From Auanema rhodensis (taxonomy: Eukaryota; Animalia; Nematoda), in assembly GCA_964057225.1 (NCBI GenBank), contig OZ059899.1, forward strand, positions 10,726,001 to 10,790,000: a stretch of DNA of 64,000 nucleotides. The letters run 5' to 3'. Each line of letters opens with the position of its first letter. Positions within the stretch are counted from its first letter, which is position 1. Of the stretch, positions 1 to 10,232 are shown piece by piece. Position numbers and translations under genes: made by a program. A model generated the notes under the pieces. It worked only from the letters and a program-made list of their open reading frames with translations. It was not told the DNA's origin and made no database searches.

Positions 1-410
1 TCTTATGAGAAAAAAAAACTAAGAAAATTGTGATGAGAGAAATTAAGAGAAAACCTATTGAGCTGACATTACATTTTTCGACAATATCACTAGATTCGAT
101 ATCATTGATATCCTGGAAACGTTATTCCTCTACTTTTTTATATCAAACGAGAGTTTAATGTAATCATAGAGAAATCAGGATCAGTCTGTTCTGTTGGAGA
201 ACTGTAAGACATAAAAGTTCAATCTAATAGGCTTTTTATCAAAATAAATGTACAAGTTTAAATTGGATATCTAACAATCTTTTTCATCTTATTTCTTTTT
301 GTTTGTTTTAAAGTAGGAGAAACTAGTTCTTTTCTTTCTAATTTCCATTCCAAATGCTTTCGAATTCCAGGAAAATATATAAGGCCTTGTTCAACTAAAA
401 TTTCAGAAAC

Positions 411-820
411 TCTTATGAGAAAAAAAACTAAGACAATTGTGATGAGAGAAATTAAGAAAAAAACTATGGAGCTGACATTACATTTTTCGACAATATCAGT
501 AGATTCGAAATAATTGATATCCTGAAAACGTTATTCCTCTCCTTTTTTTATATCAAACGAGAGTTTCATGTAATCGTAGAGAAATCAGGATCAGTCTGTT
601 CTGTTGGAGAACTGTAATACATAAAAGTTCAATCTAATAGGCTTTTTATCGAAGTAAATGTACAAGTTTAAATTGGATATCTAACAATCTTTTTCATATT
701 ATTTCTTTTTGTTTGTTTTAAAGTAGGAAAAACTAGTTCTTTTCTTTCTAGTTTCCATTCCAAATGCTTTCGAATTCCAGGAAAATATATAAGGCCTTGT
801 TCAACTAAAATTTCAGGAAC
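411..820. repeat. Representative monomer, haplotype T (AAAACTATGG...CAGTAGATTCGAAATAATTG), 410 bp
   Basis: Read directly; 118/410 G+C by hand count. Typical monomers carry single EcoRI (GAATTC), StuI (AGGCCT), BsrGI (TGTACA) and AclI (AACGTT) sites. Confidence 0.97.
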
Positions 821-1230
821 TCTTATGAGAAAAAAAACTAAGACAATTGTGATGAGAGAAATTAAGAGAAAAACTATGGAGCTGACATTACATTTTTCGA
901 CAATATCAGTTGATTCGAAATAATTGATATCCTGGAAACGTTATTCTTCTCCTTTTTTTATATCAAACGAGAGTTTTTTGTAATCGTAGAGAAATCAGGA
1001 TCAGTCTGTTCTGTTGGAGAACTGTAATACATAAAAGTTCAATCTAATAGGCTTTTTATCGAAGTAAATGTATAAGTTTAAATTGGATATCTAACAATCT
1101 TTTTCATTTTATTTCTTTTTGTTTGTTTTAAAGTAGGAAAAACTAGTTCTTTTCTTTCTAATTTCCATTCCAAATGCTTTCGAATTCCAGGAAAATATAT
1201 AAGGCCTTGTTCAACTGAAATTTCAGAAAC

Positions 1231-1639
1231 TCTTATGAGAAAAAAAACTAAGAAAATTGTGATGAGAGAAATTAAGAGAAAACCTATTGAGCTGACATTA
1301 CATTTTTCGACAATATCACTAGATTCGATATCATTGATATCCTGGAAACGTTATTCCTCTACTTTTTTATATCACACGAGAGTTTTATGTAATCGTAGAG
1401 AAATCAGGATCAGTCTGTTCTGTTGGAGAACTGTAATACATAAAAGTTCAATCTAATAGGCTTTTTATCGAAGTAAATGTATAAGTTTAAATTGGATATC
1501 TAACAATCTTTTTCATTTTATTTCTTTTTGTTTGTTTTAAAGTAGGAAAAACTAGTTCTTTTCTTTCTAATTTCCATTCCAAATGCTTTCGAATTCCAGG
1601 AAAATATATAAGGCCTTGTTCAACTAAAATTTCAGAAAC
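1231..1639. repeat. Representative monomer, haplotype P (AAACCTATTG...CACTAGATTCGATATCATTG), 409 bp
   Basis: Differs from haplotype T at five linked sites within ~55 bp. Both types recur throughout the window. Confidence 0.95.
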
Positions 1640-1895
1640 TCTTATGAGAAAAAAAACTAAGAAAATTGTGATGAGAGAAATTAAGAGAAAACCTATTGAG
1701 CTGACATTACATTTTTCGACAATATCACTAGATTCGATATCATTGATATCCTGGAAACGTTATTCCTCTACTTTTTTATATCACACGAGAGTTTAATGTA
1801 ATCATAGAGAAATCAGGATCAGTCTGTTCTGTTGGAGAACTGTAAGACATAAAAGTTCAATCTAATAGGCTTTTTATCGAAGTAAATGTACAAGT

Positions 1896-2318
1896 TTAAA
1901 TTGGATATCTAACAATCTTTTTCATTTTATTTCTTTTTGTTTGTTTTAAAGTAGGAGAAACTAGTTCTTCTCTTTCTAATTTCCATTCCAAATGCTTTCG
2001 ATTTCCAGGAAAATATATAAGGCATTGTTCAACTAAAATTTCAGAAACTCTTATGAGAAAAAAAACTAAGACAATTGTGATGAGAGAAATTAAGAGAAAA
2101 ACTATGGAGCTGACATTACATTTTTCGACAATATCAGTAGATTCGAAATAATTGATATCCTGGAAACGTTATTCCTCTCCTTTTTTTATATCAAACGAGA
2201 GTTTTATGTAATCGTAGAGAAATCAGGATCAGTCTGTTCTGTTGGAGAACTGTAATACATAAAAGTTCAATCTAATAGGCTTTTTATCGAAATAAATGTA
2301 TAAGTTTAAATTGGATAT
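1896..2318 (-). pseudogene. Possible decayed coding frame underlying the monomer (example copy; repeated at most monomer junctions). No start codon, product unknown, one hydrophobic segment
   Basis: Hand translation gives 140 codons with three internal stops (TGA, TGA, TAA); the last 90 codons (2168-1899) are stop-free. No recognisable homology; could be compositional. Confidence 0.2.
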
Positions 2319-4503
2319 CTAACAATCTTTTTCATTTTATTTCTTTTTGTTTGTTTTAAAGTAGGAAAACCTAGTTCTTTTCTTTCTAATTTCCATTCCA
2401 AATGCTTTCGAATTCCAGGAAAATATATAAGGCCTTGTTCAACTAAAATTTCAGAAACTCTTATGAGAAAAAAAACTAAGAAAATTGTGATGAGAGAAAT
2501 TAAGAGAAAACCTATTGAGCTGACATTACATTTTTCGACAATATCACTAGATTCGATATCATTGATATCCTGGAAACGTTATTCCTCTACTTTTTTATAT
2601 CACACGAGAGTTTAATGTAATCATAGAGAAATCAGGATCAGTCTGTTCTGTTGGAGAACTGTAAGACATAAAAGTTCAATCTAATAGGCTTTTTATCGAA
2701 GTAAATGTACAAGTTTAAATTGGATATCTAACAATCTTTTTCATTTTATTTCTTTTTGTTTGTTTTAAAGTAGGAGAAACTAGTTCTTTTCTTTCTAATT
2801 TCCATTCCAAATGCTTTCGATTTCCAGGAAAATATATAAGGCCTTGTTCAACTAAAATTTCAGAAACTCTTATGAGAAAAAAAACTAAGACAATTGTGAT
2901 GAGAGAAATTAAGAGAAAAACTATGGAGCTGACATTACATTTTTCGACAATATCAGTAGATTCGAAATAATTGATATCCTGGAAACGTTATTCCTCTCCT
3001 TTTCTTATATCAAACGAGAGTTTCATGTAATCGTAGAGAAATCAGGATCAGTCTGTTCTGTTGGAGAACTGTAAGACATAAAAGTTCAATCTAATAGGCT
3101 TTTTATCAAAATAAATGTACAAGTTTAAATTGGATATCTAACAATCTTTTTCATCTTATTTCTTTTTGTTTGTTTTAAAGTAGGAGAAACTAGTTCTTTT
3201 CTTTCTAATTTCCATTCCAAATGCTTTCGAATTCCAGGAAAATATATAAGGCCTTGTTCAACTAAAATTTCAGAAACTCTTATGAGAAAAAAAACTAAGA
3301 CAATTGTGATGAGAGAAATTAAGAAAAAAACTATGGAGCTGACATTACATTTTTCGACAATATCAGTAGATTCGAAATAACTGATATCCTGAAAACGTTA
3401 TTCCTCTCCTTTTTTTATATCAAACGAGAGTTTCATGTAATCGTAGAGAAATCAGGATCAGTCTGTTCTGTTGGAGAACTGTAATACATAAAAGTTCAAT
3501 CTAATAGGCTTTTTATCGAAGTAAATGTACAAGTTTAAATTGGATATCTAACAATCTTTTTCATATTATTTCTTTTTGTTTGTTTTAAAGTAGGAAAAAC
3601 TAGTTCTTTTCTTTCTAGTTTCCATTCCAAATGCTTTCGAATTCCAGGAAAATATATAAGGCCTTGTTCAACTAAAATTTCAGAAACTCTTATGAGAAAA
3701 AAAACTAAGACAATTGTGATGAGAGAAATTAAGAGAAAAACTCTGGAGCTGACATTACATTTTTCGACAATATCAGTAGATTCGAAATAATTGATATCCT
3801 GGAAACGTTATTCTTCTCCTTTTTTTATATCAAACGAGAGTTTTATGTAATCGTAGAGAAATCAGGATCAGTCTGTTCTGTTGGAGAACTGTAATTCATA
3901 AAAGTTCAATCTAATAGGTTTTTTATCGAAGTAAATGTACAAGTTTAAATTGGATATCTAACAATCTTTTTCATTTTATTTCTTTTTGTTCGTTTTAAAG
4001 TAGGAAAAACTAGTTCTTTCCTTTCTAATTTCCATTCCAAATGCTTTCGAATTCCAGGAAAATATATAAGGCCTTGGTCAACTAAGATTTCAGAAACTCT
4101 TATGAGAAAAAACTAAGACAATTGTGATGAGAGAAATTAAGAGAAAACCTATTGAGCTGACATTACATTTTTCGACAATATCACTAGATTCGATATCATT
4201 GATATCCTGGAAACGTTATTCCTCTACTTTTTTATATCAAACGAGAGTTTAATGTAATCATAGAGAAATCAGGATCAGTCTGTTCTGTTGGAGAACTGTA
4301 AGACATAAAAGTTCAATCTAATAGGCTTTTTATCAAAGTAAATGTACAAGTTTAAATTGGATATCTAACAATCTTTTTCATTTTATTTTTTTTGTTTGTT
4401 TTAAAGTAGGAAAAACTATTTCTTTTCTTTCTAATTTCCATTCCAAATGCTTTCGAATTCCAGGAAAATATATAAGGCCTTGTTCAACTAAAATTTCAGA
4501 AAC

Positions 4504-7500
4504 TCTTATGAGAAAAAAAACTAAGACAATTGTGATGAGAGAAATTAAGAGAAAAACTATGGAGCTGACATTACATTTTTCGACAATATCAGTAGATTCG
4601 AAATAATTGATATCCTGGAAACGTTATTCCTCTACTTTTTTATATCAAACGAGAGTTTAATGTAATCATAGAGAAATCAGGATCAGTCTGTTCTGTTGGA
4701 GAACTGTAAGACATAAAAGTTCAATCTAATAGGCTTTTTATCGAAGTAAATGTACAAGTTTAAATTGGATATCTAACAATCTTTTTCATTTTATTTCTTT
4801 TTGTTTGTTTTAAAGTAGGAAAAATTAGTTCTTTTATTCCTAATTTGCATTCCAAATGCTTTCGAATTCCAGGAAAATATATAAGGCCTTGTTCAACGAA
4901 GATTTCAGAAACTCTTATGAGAAAAAAAACTAAGACAATTGTGATGAGAGAAATTAAAAGAAAAACTATGGAGCTGACATTACATTTTTCGACAATCTCA
5001 GTAGATTCGAAATAATTGATATCCTGGAAACGTTATTCCTCTCCTTTTTTTCTATCAAACGAGAGTTTTATGTAATGGTAGAGAAATTAGGATCAGTCTG
5101 TTCTGTTGGAGAACTGTAATACATAAAAGTTCAATCTAATAGGCTTTTTATCGAAGTAAATGTACAAGTTTAAATTGGATATCTAACAATCTTTTTCATT
5201 TTATTTCTTTTTGTTTGTTTTAAAGTAGGAGAAACTAGTTTTTTTCTTTCTAATTTCCATTCCAAATGCTTTCGAATTCCAGGAAAATATATAAGGCCTT
5301 GTTCAACTAAAATTTCAGAAACTCTTATGAGAAAAAAAACTAAGACAATTGTGATGAGAGAAATTAAGAGAAAAACTATGGAGCTGACATTACATTTTTC
5401 GACAATATCAGTAGATTCGAAATAATTGATATCCTGGAAACGTTATTCCTCTCCTTTTTTTATATCAAACGAGAGTTTCATGTAATCGTAGAGAAATCAG
5501 GATCAGTCTGTTCTGTTGGAGAACTGTAATACATAAAATTTCAATCTAATAGGCTTTTTATCGAAGTAAATGTACAAGTTTAAATTGGATATCTAACAAT
5601 CTTTTTCATCTTATTTCTTTTTGTTTGTTTTAAAGTAGGAGAAACTAGTTCTTTTCTTTCTAATCTCCGTTCCAAATGCTTTCGAATTCCAGGAAAATAT
5701 ATAAGGCCTTGTTCAACTAAAATTTCAGAAACTCTTATGAGAAAAAAAACTAAGACAATTGTGATGAGAGAAATTAAGAAAAAAACTATGGAGCTGACAT
5801 TACCTTTTTCGACAATATCAGTAGATTCGAAATAATTGATATCCTGAAAACGTTATTCCTCTCCTTTTTTTATATCAAACGAGAGTTTCATGTAATCGTA
5901 GAGAAATCAGGATCAGTCTGTTCTGTTGGAGAACTGTAATACATAAAAGTTCAATCTAATAGGCTTTTTATCGAAGTAAATGTACAAGTTTAAATTGGAT
6001 ATCTAACAATCTTTTTCATCTTATTTCTTTTTGTTTGTTTTAAAGTAGGAAAAACTAGTTCTTTTCTTTCTAATTTCCATTCCAAATGCTTTCGAATTCC
6101 AGGAAAATATATAAGGCCTTGTTCAACTAAAATTTCAGAAACTCTTATGAGAAAAAAAACTAAGACAAATGTGATGAGAGAAATTAAGAGAAAAACTATG
6201 GAGCTGACATTACATTTTTCGACAATATCAGTAGATTCGAAATAATTGATATCCTGGAAACGTTATTCTTCTCCTTTTTTTATATCAAACGAGAGTTTTA
6301 TGTAATCGTAGAGAAATCAGGATCAGTCTGTTCTGTTGGAGAACTGTAATTCATAAAAGTTCAATCTAATAGGCTTTTTATCGAAGTAAATGTACAAGTT
6401 TAAATTGGATATCTAACAATCTTTTTCATTTTATTTTTTTTTGTTCGTTTTAAAGTAGCAAAAACTAGTTCTTTCCTTTCTAATTTCCATTCCAAATGCT
6501 TTCGAATTCCAAGAAAATATATAAGGCCTTGGTCAACTAAGATTTCAGAAACTCTTATGAAAAAAAACTAAGACAATTGTGATGAGAGAAATTAAGAGAA
6601 AACCTATTGAGCTGACATTACATTTTTCTACAATATCACTAGATTCGATATCATTGATATCCTGGAAACGTTATTCCTCTACTTTTTTTATATCAAACGA
6701 GAGTTTTATGTAATCGTAGAGAAATCAGGATCAGTCTGTTCTGTTGGAGAACTGTAAGACATAAAAGTTCAATCTAATAGGCTTTTTATCGAAGTAAATG
6801 TACAAGTTTAAATTGGATATCTAACAATCTTTTTCATTTTATTTCTTTTTGTTTGTTTTAAAGTAGGAAAAATTAGTTCTTTTATTCCTAATTTGGATTC
6901 CAAATGCTTTCGAATTCCAGGAAAATATATAAGGCCTTGTTCAACTAAAATTTCAGGAACTCTTATGAGAAAAAAAACTAAGAAAATTGTGATGAGAGAA
7001 ATTAAGAGAAAACCTATTGAGCTGACATTACATTTTTCGACAATATCACTAGATTCGATATCATTGATATCCTGGAAACGTTATTCCTCTACTTTTTTAT
7101 ATCAAACGAGAGTTTAATGTAATCATAGAGAAATCAGGATCAGTCTGTTCTGTTGGAGAACTGTAAGACATAAAAGTTCAATCTAATAGGCTTTTTATCA
7201 AAGTAAATGTACAAGTTTAAATTGGATATCTAACGATCTTTTTCATTTTATTTTTTTTGTTTGTTTTAAAGTAGGAAAAACTATTTCTTTTCTTTCTAAT
7301 TTCCATTCCAAATGCTTTCGAATTCCAGGAAAATATATAAGGCCTTGTTCAACTAAAATTTCAGAAACTCTTATGAGAAAAAAAACTAAGACAATTGTGA
7401 TGATAGAAATTAAGAGAAAAACTATGGAGCTGACATTACATTTTTCGACAATATCAGTAGATTCGAAATAATTGATATCCTGGAAACGTTATTCATCTCC

Positions 7501-10232
7501 TTTTTTTCTATCAAACGAGAGTTTTATGTAATGGTAGAGAAATTAGGATCAGTCTGTTCTGTTGGAGAACTGTAATTCATAAAAGTTCAATCTAATAGGT
7601 TTTTTATCGAAGTAAATGTACAAGTTTAAATTGGATATCTAACAATCTTTTTCATTTTATTTTTTTTGTTTGTTTTAAAGTAGGAAAAACTATTTCTTTT
7701 CTTTCTAATTTCCATTCCAAATGCTTTCGAATTCCAGGAAAATATATAAGGCCTTGTTCAACTAAAATTTCAGAAACTCTTATGAGAAAAAAAACTAAGA
7801 CAATTGTGATGAGAGAAATTAAGAGAAAAACTATGGAGCTGACATTACATTTTTCGACAATATCAGTAGATTCGAAATAATTGATATCCTGGAAACGTTA
7901 TTCCTCTACTTTTTTATATCAAACGAGAGTTTAATGTAATCATAGAGAAATCAGGATCAGTCTGTTCTGTTGGAGAACTGTAAGACATAAAAGTTCAATC
8001 TAATAGGCTTTTTATCGAAGTAAATGTACAAGTTTAAATTGGATATCTAACAATCTTTTTCATTTTATTTCTTTTTGTTTGTTTTAAAGTAGGAAAAATT
8101 AGTTCTTTTATTCCTAATTTGCATTCCAAATGCTTTCGAATTCCAGGAAAATATATAAGGCCTTGTTCAACGAAGATTTCAGAAACTCTTATGAGAAAAA
8201 AAACTAAGACAATTGTGATGAGAGAAATTAAAAGAAAAACTATGGAGCTGACATTACATTTTTCGACAATCTCAGTAGATTCGAAATAATTGATATCCTG
8301 GAAACGTTATTCCTCTCCTTTTTTTCTATCAAACGAGAGTTTTATGTAATGGTAGAGAAATTAGGATCAGTCTGTTCTGTTGGAGAACTGTAATACATAA
8401 AAGTTCAATCTAATAGGCTTTTTATCGAAGTAAATGTACAAATTTAAATTGGATATCTAACAATCTTTTTCATTTTATTTCTTTTTGTTTGTTTTAAAGT
8501 AGGAGAAACTAGTTTTTTTCTTTCTAATTTCCATTCCAAATGCTTTCGAATTCCAGGAAAATATATAAGGCCTTGTTCAACTAAAATTTCAGAAACTCTT
8601 ATGAGAAAAAAAACTAAGACAATTGTGATGAGAGAAATTAAGAAAAAAACTATGGAGCTGACATTACCTTTTTCGACAATATCAGTAGATTCGAAATAAT
8701 TGATATCCTGAAAACGTTATTCCTCTCCTTTTTTTATATCAAACGAGAGTTTCATGTAATCGTAGAGAAATCAGGATCAGTCTGTTCTGTTGGAGAACTG
8801 TAATACATAAAAGTTCAATCTAATAGGCTTTTTATCGAAGTAAATGTACAAGTTTAAATTGGATATCTAACAATCTTTTTCATCTTATTTCTTTTTGTTT
8901 GTTTTAAAGTAGGAAAAACTAGTTCTTTTCTTTCTAATTTCCATTCCAAATGCTTTCGAATTCCAGGAAAATATATAAGGCCTTGTTCAACTAAAATTTC
9001 AGAAACTCTTATGAGAAAAAAAACTAAGACAATTGTGATGAGAGAAATTAAGAGAAAAACTATGGAGCTGACATTACATTTTTCGACAATATCAGTAGAT
9101 TCGAAATAATTGATATCCTGGAAACGTTATTCTTCTCCTTTTTTTATATCAAACGAGAGTTTTATGTAATCGTAGAGAAATCAGGATCAGTCTGTTCTGT
9201 TGGAGAACTGTAATTCATAAAAGTTCAATCTAATAGGCTTTTTATCGAAGTAAATGTACAAGTTTAAATTGGATATCTAACAATCTTTTTCATTTTATTT
9301 TTTTTTGTTCGTTTTAAAGTAGCAAAAACTAGTTCTTTCCTTTCTAATTTCCATTCCAAATGCTTTCGAATTCCAAGAAAATATATAAGGCCTTGGTCAA
9401 CTAAGATTTCAGAAACTCTTATGAAAAAAAACTAAGACAATTGTGATGAGAGAAATTAAGAGAAAACCTATTGAGCTGACATTACATTTTTCTACAATAT
9501 CACTAGATTCGATATCATTGATATCCTGGAAACGTTATTCCTCTACTTTTTTTATATCAAACGAGAGTTTTATGTAATCGTAGAGAAATCAGGATCAGTC
9601 TGTTCTGTTGGAGAACTGTAAGACATAAAAGTTCAATCTAATAGGCTTTTTATCGAAGTAAATGTACAAGTTTAAATTGGATATCTAACAATCTTTTTCA
9701 TTTTATTTCTTTTTGTTTGTTTTAAAGTAGGAAAAATTAGTTCTTTTATTCCTAATTTGGATTCCAAATGCTTTCGAATTCCAGGAAAATATATAAGGCC
9801 TTGTTCAACTAAAATTTCAGGAACTCTTATGAGAAAAAAAACTAAGAAAATTGTGATGAGAGAAATTAAGAGAAAACCTATTGAGCTGACATTACATTTT
9901 TCGACAATATCACTAGATTCGATATCATTGATATCCTGGAAACGTTATTCCTCTACTTTTTCATATCAAACGAGAGTTTAATGTAATCATAGAGAAATCA
10001 GGATCAGTCTGTTCTGTTGGAGAACTGTAAGACATAAAAGTTCAATCTAATAGGCTTTTTATCAAAGTAAATGTACAAGTTTAAATTGGATATCTAACGA
10101 TCTTTTTCATTTTATTTTTTTTGTTTGTTTTAAAGTAGGAAAAACTATTTCTTTTCTTTCTAATTTCCATTCCAAATGCTTTCGAATTCCAGGAAAATAT
10201 ATAAGGCCTTGTTCAACTAAAATTTCAGAAAC
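4504..10232. repeat. Tandem block duplication, 8-mer offset changing to 7-mer offset
   Basis: CAACGAAG at ~4895 and ~8168 (3274 bp). TACCTTTT, AGTAGCA, TCCAAGAA, TTTGGATTCC and TAACGATC each recur at 2864 bp. ORF track copies at 6893 and 9757 are 2864 bp apart. Confidence 0.88.

Larger units (their letters stand above)
230..3900. repeat. Shared-variant block repeated at a 7-monomer distance (2867 bp), enclosing a 2-monomer duplication
   Basis: Markers ATCAAAATAAATG+TTCATCTT, AAGAAAAAAACT+CCTGAAAACG+TTCATATT+CTAGTTTCC and TTCTTCTCC occur in monomers starting 1/411/821 and again in 2868/3278/3688. TCACACG+TTCGATTTCC occur in monomers 1640 and 2459 (819 bp apart). Confidence 0.8.

Noticed and set aside
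25-50. Hammerhead ribozyme core (GTGATGAGAGAAA resembles CUGAUGA...GAAA), as in some animal satellites
   Set aside because: The first base is G rather than C, there is no stem II between the boxes, and I could not build stems I and III. No CTGANGA was seen on either strand of the consensus. An Infernal/Rfam scan would settle it.
411-820. Apparent abundance of 6-8 bp palindromes (GAATTC, AAGGCCTT, AACTAGTT, TGTACA, AACGTT, CAATTG, GATATC, TTTAAA)
   Set aside because: About a dozen per monomer is close to my rough expectation (about 11) for 71% AT sequence, so enrichment is not supported.
411-820. Internal ~205-bp or ~160-bp subrepeat (monomer as an ancient dimer)
   Set aside because: Only short matches such as AATTG(G)ATATC recur; no extended alignment between halves was visible.
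2160-2196. Tiny GT-AG intron on the minus strand (GTTTGATAT...TTTCCAG, 36-37 nt) removing the TAA
   Set aside because: Splicing it does not join either upstream open frame I examined in phase with the 90-codon frame, and there is no transcript evidence.
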